64,000 bases of DNA from an uncultured Verrucomicrobiota bacterium (lineage in GTDB: Bacteria; Verrucomicrobiota; Verrucomicrobiia; Limisphaerales; CAIMTB01), in the NCBI GenBank assembly GCA_964476125.1, contig CAYZAE010000003.1:25804-89803 (forward strand), read 5' to 3'. The position numbers and the translations under genes were made by a program. The notes beneath the pieces are model-generated. The model was given only the letters and a program-made list of their open reading frames with translations, did not search any database and was not told the DNA's origin. Within the stretch, counting starts at the first letter, position 1. Each line of letters starts with the position of its first letter. Below, piece by piece: positions 25,779 through 35,183 of this stretch.

Positions 25779-28100
25779 TTAGTTCCCGCCGGGCTTGCCC
25801 TTGCGGGCCTTGTCGAAGGCCTGTTCGAGAGCGCTCCAGCTGTCGGCGGCGGCGTTGAAGGCGGGTCGGGGCGGAGGCGTGGGGCGGGATCCGCCACTGC
25901 CGCCCCCGGTGCGGGGCCCTCCGGGGGAGGTTCGCTGTTCCCGGGCGGCTCCGATCTGGGGATTGCTCTTCATCGAAAGCGCGATCCGCTTTCGCTCCAG
26001 GTCGACCTCGGTGACGGTCACCCTGACTTTCTGACCGACCTTCACCACCTCGGCGGGATCCTTGACGAAACGATCTGCCAGCTGGCTGACGTGAACGAGG
26101 CCGTCCTGGTGGACACCGATGTCCACGAAGGCGCCGAAGGCGGTGACGTTGGTGACGATGCCGGGGAGTTTCAGGCCCGGGGTCAGATCCTCCATCTTCT
26201 CGACGCCCTCCTGGAACGAGAACACCTCGAACTGCTGGCGGGGGTCGCGTCCGGGCTTGGCGAGCTCCTCGAGGATGTCCTTGAGGGTGGGAAGCCCGAC
26301 CGATTCGGTGACGTACTTCTCGGGCTGGATCCGTCCGCGCAGGGCGGAATCCCGGAGCAGATCGGCCACGGTGCACTGGAGATCCCGGGCGATGGCATCG
26401 ACGAGTTCGTAGCGTTCCGGGTGCACGGCACTGGCATCGAGCGGGTGCTCGGCTTCGTGGATGCGGAGGAACCCGGCGCATTGTTCGAACGCCTTGGGGC
26501 CGAGCCGGGGCACGTTGCGTAGGTCCTTGCGGGACTTGAAGGCGCCGTGCTCGTTGCGATGACTGACGATGTTGGCGGCGAGGGTGGGGCCGAGACCGGA
26601 CACGTAGCTGAGCAGCTGTTTGCTGGCGGTGTTCAGTTCCACACCCACCCGGTTCACGCAGGAGACGACCGTATCGTCCAGGCCGCGCTTCAGGGCGAAT
26701 TCGTCGACGTCATGCTGGTACTGCCCGACCCCGATGGATTTCGGGTCGAGTTTGACCAGTTCGGCGAGGGGATCCATGAGCCGCCGGCCGATGGAGACCG
26801 CGCCGCGGACGGTGACGTCCTCCTTGGGGAACTCCTCCCGGGCCACTTCACTGGCGGAGTAGATGGAGGCGCCACTTTCGTTGACCTGAACGATGGGAAT
26901 CTGGGCGGGGAGTTTGAGGGCGCGCACGAACTGCTCGGTCTCGCGACTGGCGGTGCCGTTGCCGATGGCGACGGCCTCGATGTCGTGCTTGTGAACGAGC
27001 GCCTTGAGCGTTTCCCCGGCTTCGCGAACCTGGCTGGGTCCGGCGGCGGTGGCATGCAGGACGTCGTGATGGAGGAGTTTCCCCTGGCGGTCGAGCACCA
27101 CGATTTTGCAGCCGGTGCGGAATCCTGGGTCGATGGCCAGCACCCGCTTTTGTCCGAGCGCCGGGGCGAGCAGCAGTTCGCGGAGGTTGTCGGCGAAGAC
27201 GCGGATGGCGGTGGTGTCGGCGCGTTTCTTGGATTCAATCCGCAGTTCGCCCTCGATGGCGAAGCCGAGCAGGCGTTTGTAGCCGTCGACGACTGCGAGC
27301 CGGACCTGTTCGCCGGCGGGTTTTCCGGGGGCCTTGACGAACATGGGTTCGAGCAGGGCGATGGCCTCCTCCTCGGGCGGGTTGATGCGGACCAGGAGCA
27401 CCCCCTCCTCTTCGCCGCGCCGCAGGGCGAGCAGACGGTGGCTGGGGATCTTTTCGATCGGCTCGTTCCAGTCGAAGTAGTCCTTGAACTTGGCCCCTTC
27501 GGTTTCCTTGCCGGTGATCACCTTCGAACGGATCACGGCGGACTTCCAGTAGAGCTCCCGGAGCCGGGCGCGGGCGAGGGCGTCGTCGCAAATCCGCTCG
27601 GCCAGAATGTCCCGCGCGCCGGAGAGGGCTGCGGGGATGTCGGCGACCTGTTTCTCGGCGTTGACGTAGGGGCCGGCGGCGGTGGTGGGGTCGAGGGTGG
27701 CCTGATCGTTGAAAATCAGGTCGGCGAGAGGTTCGAGGCCCGCTTCGCGGGCGATGGTGGCGCGGGTGCGGCGTTTGGGCCGGTAGGGGGCGTAGAGATC
27801 CTCCAGGGCGGAGAGCGTGTCGGCGCCTTCGACGGCGGATTTAAGCTGGTCGGTGAGCAGGTTCCGTTCGGCGAGGGATTTGACGATGGCTTCGCGGCGC
27901 TGTTCGAGTTCGACCAGCTGGCCCATGCGGTCGCGGACGGCGGTGATGGCGACTTCGTCGAGGCTGCCGGTGGCTTCCTTGCGGTAGCGGGCGATGAACG
28001 GGACGGTGGCGCCTTCGGCCAGGAGCCGGGCGGTGGCGGCGACCTTGGTGGTGGGGACGCTGAGTTCCGACGCGATGCGGGCAATAAACCGTTCGTTCAT
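25779..28100 (-). CDS. tex: Tex-like transcription accessory protein (S1 RNA-binding domain protein)
   Basis: The sequence starts MNERFIARIASELSV...TVPFIARYRKEATGSLDEV. A YqgF/RuvX-like middle region and a helix-hairpin-helix follow. The C-terminal S1 domain reads GIVTNVTAFGAFVDIGVHQDGLVHVSQL. I prefer ATG 28100 over the track start at 28148. Confidence 0.95.
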   Translation of the reverse strand: MNERFIARIASELSVPTTKVAATARLLAEGATVPFIARYRKEATGSLDEVAITAVRDRMGQLVELEQRREAIVKSLAERNLLTDQLKSAVEGADTLSALEDLYAPYRPKRRTRATIAREAGLEPLADLIFNDQATLDPTTAAGPYVNAEKQVADIPAALSGARDILAERICDDALARARLRELYWKSAVIRSKVITGKETEGAKFKDYFDWNEPIEKIPSHRLLALRRGEEEGVLLVRINPPEEEAIALLEPMFVKAPGKPAGEQVRLAVVDGYKRLLGFAIEGELRIESKKRADTTAIRVFADNLRELLLAPALGQKRVLAIDPGFRTGCKIVVLDRQGKLLHHDVLHATAAGPSQVREAGETLKALVHKHDIEAVAIGNGTASRETEQFVRALKLPAQIPIVQVNESGASIYSASEVAREEFPKEDVTVRGAVSIGRRLMDPLAELVKLDPKSIGVGQYQHDVDEFALKRGLDDTVVSCVNRVGVELNTASKQLLSYVSGLGPTLAANIVSHRNEHGAFKSRKDLRNVPRLGPKAFEQCAGFLRIHEAEHPLDASAVHPERYELVDAIARDLQCTVADLLRDSALRGRIQPEKYVTESVGLPTLKDILEELAKPGRDPRQQFEVFSFQEGVEKMEDLTPGLKLPGIVTNVTAFGAFVDIGVHQDGLVHVSQLADRFVKDPAEVVKVGQKVRVTVTEVDLERKRIALSMKSNPQIGAAREQRTSPGGPRTGGGSGGSRPTPPPRPAFNAAADSWSALEQAFDKARKGKPGGN

Positions 28101-28212
28101 TTCGAATGAATGGGGGGCGTGGTTTAACGGTCCTGTGGCAGGGTGCAAGCTCTTTGGCGATGTGGCCCCGGGTTTTGACTTGGTCCAGCAGGCCCCCTAG
28201 CTTCGCCGCCAC

Positions 28213-29547
28213 ATGAATCTGGTGCGTCATACGGATGCCGACTTCGACGCGCGCCTCGCGGCCGCCGCGGCTGGGTCGAGTCTCTTCGACCCGGGGGTGG
28301 ATGAGCGGACGCGGGGCGTGGTGGCGGCGGTGGCGGAGCGCGGGGATGCGGCGCTGACGGAACTGACCGAGCGCTTCGATGGTGTCCGGCTGGAACCCGA
28401 GCAATTTTTGGTGGGTGCGGCCGAGCTGATGTCGGCGTCGCTGAGCGCCGGTCCGGCGTTGCGCAAGACGGTGAAGGATGCCGACCGCAACATCGCGGCC
28501 TTTGCGCGCAAATCGCTGCGCAAACCCTGGCGGTCCCGGAATTCGCATGGGGCGGTGGTGGGCGAGAAGTTCGATCCCTTCCAGCGCGTGGGCATCTACA
28601 TTCCCGGTGGCACGGCGCCGCTGGTTTCGACGGCCCTGATGACCGTGACGTTGGCCCGGGTGGCGGGTTGTCCGGAGATCGTGGTGTGCACGCCGCCGGG
28701 GCGGGATGGCCTGGTGAATCCCTCGCTGCTGTTCGCGGCCCGGGCGGCGGGGGCGACGGAGATTTACAAGTTGGGCGGGGCGCAGGCGATTGCGGCAATG
28801 GCCCTGGGCACGGCCACGATCCGGCCGGTGAGCAAGGTGTACGGGCCGGGCAACGCGTATGTCGTGGCCGCCAAGCGCCAGTTGTTTGGTCGCGTGGCGG
28901 TGGATCTTCTGCCGGGGCCGAGCGAGGTGCTGGTGCTGGCGGATGATTCGGCGGATCCAACGTTGGTGGCGGCGGATCTTCTGGCGCAGGCGGAGCATGG
29001 ATCCGGTCACGAGCGGGTCTGGGTGGTCACGCCCTCCGCGCGGGTCATCACCTCGGTGCAGCGGGAGATTCACCGGCAGCTGCCGGAGCTTTCCCGGCGC
29101 GAGTTCATCCAGAAGATCCTCGATCAGAACACCTGGTTCATCCAGGTGAAGAACCTCGACCAGGGAGTGGGCGTGGTGAACCGCCTCGCGCCGGAGCATT
29201 GCGAGATCCACACCCGCCAGGCGGCGAAGGTCTCGCAGGGGATTCTGACGGCGGGAGCGCTGTTCCTGGGGCCGTGGTCCCCGACGGTTCTGGGCGACTA
29301 TGTCGCGGGTCCCAGCCACACCCTGCCGACCGGTGGCGCGGGTCGTTCCTTTGCGGGACTCACCGTCGATCAGTTCCAGCGTCGGACCAGCGTGGTCGAG
29401 TACGACCGCAAAGCGTTGGCGAAGGGATTGCCGGGCGTGCGGCATTTCGCCGCCATGGAGGGGCTCGATGCCCACGGCCGCTCGGCGGAGGTGCGGCTGG
29501 AGAAACGGACGGCATCGCGGTCGACCGGCCGGAAAGGCAGGGCCTGA
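28213..29547 (+). CDS. hisD: Histidinol dehydrogenase
   Basis: The protein is 444 aa. Matching segments are GIYIPGGTAPLVST, YGPGNAYVVAAK and LLAQAEHGSGHE, with HisD-like colinearity throughout. Confidence 0.95.
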   Translation: MNLVRHTDADFDARLAAAAAGSSLFDPGVDERTRGVVAAVAERGDAALTELTERFDGVRLEPEQFLVGAAELMSASLSAGPALRKTVKDADRNIAAFARKSLRKPWRSRNSHGAVVGEKFDPFQRVGIYIPGGTAPLVSTALMTVTLARVAGCPEIVVCTPPGRDGLVNPSLLFAARAAGATEIYKLGGAQAIAAMALGTATIRPVSKVYGPGNAYVVAAKRQLFGRVAVDLLPGPSEVLVLADDSADPTLVAADLLAQAEHGSGHERVWVVTPSARVITSVQREIHRQLPELSRREFIQKILDQNTWFIQVKNLDQGVGVVNRLAPEHCEIHTRQAAKVSQGILTAGALFLGPWSPTVLGDYVAGPSHTLPTGGAGRSFAGLTVDQFQRRTSVVEYDRKALAKGLPGVRHFAAMEGLDAHGRSAEVRLEKRTASRSTGRKGRA

Positions 29548-29550
29548 TTC

Positions 29551-30741
29551 ATGGCCAAGGCACGATCCAAAGATTCGGCGGCGGCTTCGAAGCCCCGCGC
29601 CTCCCGATCCCCGGAGTCGTTGGTGCGCCCCCTGGTGCGTTCGCTTCACGCCTACGTTCCTGGGGAGCAGCCGAAGATCCGCGGTCTGATCAAGCTCAAC
29701 ACCAACGAGAATCCGTATCCGCCTTCGCCGAAGGTGCTGGAGGCGGTTCGTGCGGCGACGGACGGGCGGCTGAGGCTGTATCCCAATCCGTCGGCCGAAG
29801 CGCTGCGGGTGCGGTTGGCGAAGCTGCATGGTTGCGGTGTGGAGAACCTCATCGTTGGCAACGGCAGCGACGAACTGCTCGCGATGGCGGTGCGTTGTTT
29901 CACCGAACCCGCCGGGCCGGCTGTTCCTGCCTCGGCGTCGAGGGTCCAGTTCTTCACTCCGAGCTATTCCCTTTATCCCGTGCTGGCCGAGGCGCATGGC
30001 GCGGTGCCGCACGGGGTTCCGCTGAAGCCGGACTTCGGTCTTCCGGATCCGGCGGAATTGAGGCGTGGCGGGCGGTGGGATTTCCGGGCCGCCTTGAGCC
30101 TGGTCACGACGCCGAACGCGCCGAGCGGTCGGGGCTATGGGACGGCGGAGCTCGAGACCCTGGCGCAATCGACGGAGGGCGTGGTGGTGCTGGACGAGGC
30201 CTATGTTGATTTTGCGGAGCAGAACGCCCTGGCCCTGGCGCTGAAGCATCCGCACATTCTGATCGCCCGCACCTTTTCAAAGGCCTACTCCCTTTGCTTT
30301 CAACGGGTGGGATATTTGGTCGGACATCCGGTCCTGATGGATGCGTTGCACCGGATCCGGGACAGCTACAATGTGAACGGCCTGGGGCAGGTGGCGGCGG
30401 TGGCCACGCTGGGGGATCTGCCGTATTACCGGCGCAACTTCGCCCGGGTGATCTCGACCCGGACCCGGTTGACGGAGGCGTTGGGCGGGTTGGGCTTCGA
30501 TGTGTTTCCCAGCCAGACCAATTTTCTGCTTGCGGTGCCTCCCGGGCCGCCGGCGAGGGAGTGGCTCGAGCGCCTGCGCGAATGCCGGATTCTGGTTCGC
30601 TGGTTTTCAGCGCCGGGCATCGACCGGTTTCTCCGGATCACGGTGGGCACCGACGCCGAGGCGGATGCGCTGTTGCGGGCGGTGCGAAAGATCCTGGGCC
30701 GGGCGGGGACGGGGAAGGCGGGGAGGAACGGGCATGTCTGA
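29551..30741 (+). CDS. hisC: Histidinol-phosphate aminotransferase
   Basis: This is a class-II aminotransferase pattern with KLNTNENPYPPSP, the PLP-lysine context RTFSKAYSL, and RITVGT. It starts 3 nt after hisD. Confidence 0.93.
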   Translation: MAKARSKDSAAASKPRASRSPESLVRPLVRSLHAYVPGEQPKIRGLIKLNTNENPYPPSPKVLEAVRAATDGRLRLYPNPSAEALRVRLAKLHGCGVENLIVGNGSDELLAMAVRCFTEPAGPAVPASASRVQFFTPSYSLYPVLAEAHGAVPHGVPLKPDFGLPDPAELRRGGRWDFRAALSLVTTPNAPSGRGYGTAELETLAQSTEGVVVLDEAYVDFAEQNALALALKHPHILIARTFSKAYSLCFQRVGYLVGHPVLMDALHRIRDSYNVNGLGQVAAVATLGDLPYYRRNFARVISTRTRLTEALGGLGFDVFPSQTNFLLAVPPGPPAREWLERLRECRILVRWFSAPGIDRFLRITVGTDAEADALLRAVRKILGRAGTGKAGRNGHV

Positions 30742-30961
30742 GCGCAAAGGGCGCCTGGGCAAGTCCGGGGTGGCGTGGCTGCTGCTGATTGCGACCCCGC
30801 CGACGATCATCCTCACCGGGTTGGTGAGCATGTTTGCTTGGCAGGTTTCGAACGGGAAGGTGACGCCGAAATGGCGGAAGCCGGCGCCTGCTTCCGTGGT
30901 CGTGACCAACCCGGTTCCGGCGGTGGCAGAGCCCAAAACCTCGGAACCCGCGCCCCGATGA
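30734..30961 (+). CDS. Hypothetical small single-pass membrane protein (75 aa), translationally coupled to hisC and to the CPBP protease gene
   Basis: GGAGGA lies 6 nt upstream of ATG 30734. It overlaps the hisC stop by 8 nt and the next gene by ATGA. The sequence is MSERKGRLGKSGVAWLLLIATPPTIILTGLVSMFAW followed by a Pro-rich tail. Confidence 0.55.
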   Translation: MSERKGRLGKSGVAWLLLIATPPTIILTGLVSMFAWQVSNGKVTPKWRKPAPASVVVTNPVPAVAEPKTSEPAPR

Positions 30962-31668
30962 ATTCACTGCTTGAGGACGTGAAGAAGTCGCCCGTGCAGT
31001 CGCGGGTGGTGCCCTTCGTGGTGTTCCTGGTTCTGACGTCCTTCCAGGGTTCCTTTGGGGACGCGGGACGGTACTGGGTTTATCTGGCGAAGACGCTGGT
31101 GGGCGCCTGGATGCTCTGGGAGTTGCGGGGGGTGGTGGCGGAGATGAAGTGGTCCTTCAGTGGGGAGGCGGTGGCGGTCGGGGTGGGGGTCTTCGTGATG
31201 TGGGTGGGGATCGATCCTTTTGTCCCGGGCCAGGACGCGTTGATGTTCAAGTTCGGGTTCGGACCGGATCCGGCGAAGGAGCCGCCGAAGATCTGGAATC
31301 CGTTCGATTTGTATGGGGCGGGGAGTTTGATGGGCTGGTTTTTTGTGGTGGTGCGGACGGTGGGTTCGTCGGTGGTGGTTCCTCCGCTGGAGGAGGTTTT
31401 CTACCGGTCGTTCCTGTATCGGTACCTCATCAGTCCTGAATTCGAGCGCATCCCGCTGAACCGGGTTCACGGAGCGGCGCTTCTGCTCGGGGCGGTCCTT
31501 TTTGCGTTCACCCACCAGCAGTGGCTCGCGGCAATCCTTTGTTCCCTGGCCTACCAGGGGCTGGTGCTTCGGAAGAATCGGTTGGGCGATGCGATGACCG
31601 CCCATGCCATCACCAACTTCCTGCTCGCGATCTGGGTCGTGGCCCGTTCGGCCTGGCAGTTCTGGTGA
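30958..31668 (+). CDS. CPBP family intramembrane glutamic endopeptidase (CAAX prenyl protease-related / Abi family)
   Basis: The three CPBP motifs are present: EEVFYRSFLYRY (EExxxR), FAFTHQQW (FxxxH) and HAITNFLL (HxxxN). I prefer ATG 30958 over the track start at 30775. Confidence 0.85.
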   Translation: MNSLLEDVKKSPVQSRVVPFVVFLVLTSFQGSFGDAGRYWVYLAKTLVGAWMLWELRGVVAEMKWSFSGEAVAVGVGVFVMWVGIDPFVPGQDALMFKFGFGPDPAKEPPKIWNPFDLYGAGSLMGWFFVVVRTVGSSVVVPPLEEVFYRSFLYRYLISPEFERIPLNRVHGAALLLGAVLFAFTHQQWLAAILCSLAYQGLVLRKNRLGDAMTAHAITNFLLAIWVVARSAWQFW

Positions 31669-31686
31669 ACGGGGAGAATAAGTTCC

Positions 31687-32247
31687 CTAGTTGGCTTCCG
31701 GGTCCTCCGGGGAGTCGGCCAGCACTCGGAACATGCCGCCTTTTTCCCGTAAAATTCGGCGCCAGAGCGTTTCCGGCTGGGAATCGAAGATGAGTTCGGG
31801 CGTGGCGGGGTGGACCAGCCAGGCCTTGCGTTTCATTTCGTCGTCGAGCTGGCCCGGGCTCCAGCCTGCGTACCCGCCGAACACGACCATCTGGCGGATG
31901 GGGGAAAAGCCCTGGGCCAGTTCGAGCAGTTCCTCGAGGGAATGGCCGATCTCGATGCCGGGCATGACCGAGGCTTCCGGGAGAAACGCTTCGCGCCGCA
32001 GGTAGGAGAGGGCTCCAGGTTGGACCGGACCGCCGAGGTAAAGCGGGGATTCGCGCAGCCGTTCGGGGAGATCGCCTTCGAGGGCCTCCCCCACCTGGTT
32101 GCCGGAAGGCCGGTTCAACACCAACCCGAACGCGCCCTCGGGATCGTGCTGGCAGATCAGGACCACGGTCCGATGAAACCAGGAGCCGTGCAGGTTGCCT
32201 CCGTCGAGAAGCAGCTGTCCGCGCAGGGATTGGTTGTGGTCCGCCAT
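31687..32247 (-). CDS. YqgE/AlgH family protein (UPF0301)
   Basis: LRGQLLLDGGNLHGSWFHRTVVLICQHDPEGAFGLVLNRP...LYLGGPVQP...VFGGYAGWSPGQLDDE is the family pattern. The start is ATG 32247. Confidence 0.88.
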   Translation of the reverse strand: MADHNQSLRGQLLLDGGNLHGSWFHRTVVLICQHDPEGAFGLVLNRPSGNQVGEALEGDLPERLRESPLYLGGPVQPGALSYLRREAFLPEASVMPGIEIGHSLEELLELAQGFSPIRQMVVFGGYAGWSPGQLDDEMKRKAWLVHPATPELIFDSQPETLWRRILREKGGMFRVLADSPEDPEAN

Positions 32248-32367
32248 CCGCACCAATTCTGCTACAGGCTTGCTGGCGTGACAACGGGCGTTAAGTTGGC
32301 CCGGCGATGGACCCGGGCGCGGACACACAAATCGACCGCACCCGGGTCAGCCGGATCCCCCCACTTT

Positions 32368-33681
32368 ATGCCACTGGAACTGCGTGTCCCTGCCGTCGGT
32401 GAATCGATTGCTGAAGTCCAACTGGGCGAATGGCTGAAACAGGAAGGCCAATCCTTCCGAAAGGACGAAACCCTCGTCCTCATCGAATCCGAAAAGGCCA
32501 CCGTTGAACTGCCTGCGCCGTTCGACGGGGTCTTGCTCAAGATCCTCAAGCCTCGCGGCGCGGTTGCCGCCGTCGGCGAGGTGATCGGAACACTGGAGGA
32601 AGGGCAGGCGTCGGCCGCCGCCGCGTCCGCTCCCGCCGAAACCACTCCCCAGGCCGCCGGGGCCGCCCCGCAGCCGGCAACCCCGCCTGCGCCTGCGCCT
32701 GTGGCTGTGCCCTCGCCTTCGGCCGCCGCCCCCGCCGCCAAAGGAGCCGTCATGCCGGCGGCGCAACGCATTCTGGCTGAGGCGGGTGTCTCGCCTGAAA
32801 CCGTGCCGGGCAGTGGTCCGGGCGGCCGGGTGACCAAGGAGGATGCCTTGAAGGCTTCCGCCGCCAGCCGGGCGCCCGCAGCGGTGCCAGCGGCGCCTGC
32901 CGTGCCTCCCACACCGCCGGCGTCTGTCACGTCGGCTCCGGTGGCTCCGGTGGGTCCGGTGGCCGCGCTATCCGGTGCGGGACGCCCGGAGGAGACGGTG
33001 CCCATGTCGCCGTTGCGGCGGACGGTGGCCCGGCGGTTGGTGGAGGCGCAGGCCAGCATGGCGATGCTGACGACGTTCAACGAAATCGACATGTCCGCGG
33101 TGATGGCGCTGCGCAAGCAGTATCAGGAGGCCTTCACGGCCAAGCACGGGATCAAGCTTGGGTTCATGTCCTTTTTCGTGAAGGCGGTCATTGATGCGCT
33201 CCGGATCACCCCCCAGCTGAACGCCGAGGTGCGCGACAATTCGATCGTGTATCGCCATTACTACGATATCGGGGTGGCCATTGGCGGGGGCAAGGGGCTG
33301 GTGGTTCCGGTGCTGCGCAATGCCGAGCGACTGAGCTTCGGGGAGATCGAGAAGGCCATCGCCGACTTCGGCGCGCGGGCGAAGGATTCGAAGATCAAGC
33401 CCGAGGAGTTGTCGGGCGGCACCTTCACCATCACCAACGGGGGCATCTATGGAAGCCTCCTTTCCACCCCCATCATCAATCCGCCCCAGAGTGGCATTCT
33501 GGGCATGCACGCCATCCAGGAGCGCCCGGTGGTGGTGGATGGCCAGATTGTGGCCCGTCCGATGATGTACGTGGCGCTCACTTACGATCACCGGATCGTG
33601 GATGGGCGCGAGGCGGTGACCTTTCTCAAGCGGGTGAAGGAGGTTCTGGAAACGCCTGCCCGCATGCTTTTGGAGGCCTGA
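32368..33681 (+). CDS. sucB: Dihydrolipoyllysine-residue succinyltransferase (E2 of 2-oxoglutarate dehydrogenase)
   Basis: The lipoyl domain reads VPAVGESIAEVQLGEWLK...LIESEKATVELPAP. An Ala/Pro linker and an E3-binding segment follow. The catalytic domain is nearly colinear with E. coli SucB as I recall it (MLTTFNEIDM...GGTFTITNGGIYGSLLSTPIINPPQSGILGMHAI...TYDHRIVDGREAV). The start is ATG 32368 inside track ORF 31810..33681. Confidence 0.92.
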   Translation: MPLELRVPAVGESIAEVQLGEWLKQEGQSFRKDETLVLIESEKATVELPAPFDGVLLKILKPRGAVAAVGEVIGTLEEGQASAAAASAPAETTPQAAGAAPQPATPPAPAPVAVPSPSAAAPAAKGAVMPAAQRILAEAGVSPETVPGSGPGGRVTKEDALKASAASRAPAAVPAAPAVPPTPPASVTSAPVAPVGPVAALSGAGRPEETVPMSPLRRTVARRLVEAQASMAMLTTFNEIDMSAVMALRKQYQEAFTAKHGIKLGFMSFFVKAVIDALRITPQLNAEVRDNSIVYRHYYDIGVAIGGGKGLVVPVLRNAERLSFGEIEKAIADFGARAKDSKIKPEELSGGTFTITNGGIYGSLLSTPIINPPQSGILGMHAIQERPVVVDGQIVARPMMYVALTYDHRIVDGREAVTFLKRVKEVLETPARMLLEA

Positions 33682-33755
33682 ATGACCCGGTCCGCGGGGC
33701 GCCCTTCCGGGTGCCCCGGTCCGGACCTGGTCCGATCCCAACCCTCGATTCATCC

Positions 33756-35144
33756 ATGCCTGATTCCTACGATCTTCTTGTCATTGGCGCGGGGCCTGGC
33801 GGCTATGTGGCCGCCATCCGTGCCGCCCAACTCGGCCTCAAGGTTGCCGTTGTCGAGATGGAGCCCGCGCTGGGCGGCACCTGTCTGCGCATCGGCTGCA
33901 TTCCGAGCAAGGCCCTGCTCGAATCGAGTGAGCGCTACGAGCAGGCCCGGAATTCCCTCAAGCTCCACGGCATCCTGGTCGGGGAAGTCGGCCTGGACCT
34001 TCCCGCCATGATGCGGCGCAAGGACCTGGTGGTGTCGGCGCTGACCAAGGGGATCGAAGGTTTGTTCAAGAAGAACAAGATCACCCGTTATCAGGGTCGG
34101 GGCCGCATCGCGGGGCCGAACCGTGTGGTGGTGACCGGGAGCGGGGAACCGGTGGAGATCGAGTCGAAGAACATCCTGATTGCCACCGGCAGCCGGCCCG
34201 CGCCGCTTCCCGGGGTGGAATTGGACCACGACCTGATCGGAACCAGCACCGAGGCCCTCTGCTATCCGACCGTGCCCGGGCACCTGGTGGTGATCGGGGC
34301 TGGGGTCATCGGGCTCGAGCTGGGGTCCGTCTGGCGCCGCCTTGGTTCCCAGGTGACCGTCGTCGAGTATCTGGATCGGATCCTTCCGGGGATGGACTCC
34401 GAGCTTGCCGCGGAGACCCGGAAGATTCTGGAGAAACAGGGCATTCAGTTCCGTCTCAAGACGCGGGTGGCCGGGGCTCGGGTGGTTGAGGGGCGCTGCG
34501 TGGTGCGTTTGAACGATGACGAGGTCCTGTCCTGCGACCGGGTCCTGCTTGCCGTGGGGCGGAGGCCGAACACCGAGGATCTCGGTCTCGATACGGTTGG
34601 GATCCAGCCGGACGAACGGGGACGGATTCCGGTCAATGGCTTGTTTGCGACGGTCCGACCGGGAGTCTTCGCTATTGGCGACGCGATTGCGGGCCCGATG
34701 CTGGCGCACAAGGCGGAGGAGGAGGGCGTGGCGTTCGCGGAGGCGCTGGTCACCGGGCACGGGCACGTCGACTACAATGTTATCCCCGGCATCGTGTACA
34801 CCCATCCCGAGGTGGCGTCGGTGGGCCGCACGGAAGACGAGCTGCTGGCCGCGGGTGTGGCCTTCCGCAAGGGGTCGTTTCCTTTCATGGCCAACGGTCG
34901 CGCGCGCGCGATCGGGAGCACGGAGGGGCGGGTTAAGATTCTGGCGGATGCCGCCACCGACCGGGTGTTGGGCGTCCATATCGTCGGACCGCACGCCGGG
35001 GACCTGATCGCGGAGGCGGCGGCGGCGATGGCGTTTGGTGCCAGCAGCGAGGACATCGCGCGTTGCTGCCATGCGCATCCGACGTTGGCCGAGGCCTTGA
35101 AGGAGGCCGCCCTGTCTCTGGACGGGCGGGCTCTCCATTTTTGA
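33756..35144 (+). CDS. lpdA: Dihydrolipoyl dehydrogenase (E3)
   Basis: Motifs are YDLLVIGAGPGGYVAA, the redox-active disulfide GGTCLRIGCIPSK, and the C-terminal HAHPTLAEALKEAA. Confidence 0.96.
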   Translation: MPDSYDLLVIGAGPGGYVAAIRAAQLGLKVAVVEMEPALGGTCLRIGCIPSKALLESSERYEQARNSLKLHGILVGEVGLDLPAMMRRKDLVVSALTKGIEGLFKKNKITRYQGRGRIAGPNRVVVTGSGEPVEIESKNILIATGSRPAPLPGVELDHDLIGTSTEALCYPTVPGHLVVIGAGVIGLELGSVWRRLGSQVTVVEYLDRILPGMDSELAAETRKILEKQGIQFRLKTRVAGARVVEGRCVVRLNDDEVLSCDRVLLAVGRRPNTEDLGLDTVGIQPDERGRIPVNGLFATVRPGVFAIGDAIAGPMLAHKAEEEGVAFAEALVTGHGHVDYNVIPGIVYTHPEVASVGRTEDELLAAGVAFRKGSFPFMANGRARAIGSTEGRVKILADAATDRVLGVHIVGPHAGDLIAEAAAAMAFGASSEDIARCCHAHPTLAEALKEAALSLDGRALHF

Positions 35145-35153
35145 TCTGATCCG

Positions 35154-35183
35154 CCGACCGGGGTCGGGCGCGGGTTACCGCGC
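35154..35183. terminator. Two adjacent short GC hairpins in the 39-nt gap between convergent lpdA and the HAD gene; possible bidirectional terminator region
   Basis: The hairpins are CCGACC-gg-GGTCGG (35154-35167) and GCGCGG-gtta-CCGCGC (35168-35183). There is no U-tract on either strand. Confidence 0.3.

Noticed and set aside
27841-30255. 804-aa minus-strand ORF spanning the tex 5' end, hisD and part of hisC
   Set aside because: It crosses three well-supported genes and an intergenic region. Its composition is extremely Arg/Pro/His-rich, which marks it as a GC-driven artefact.
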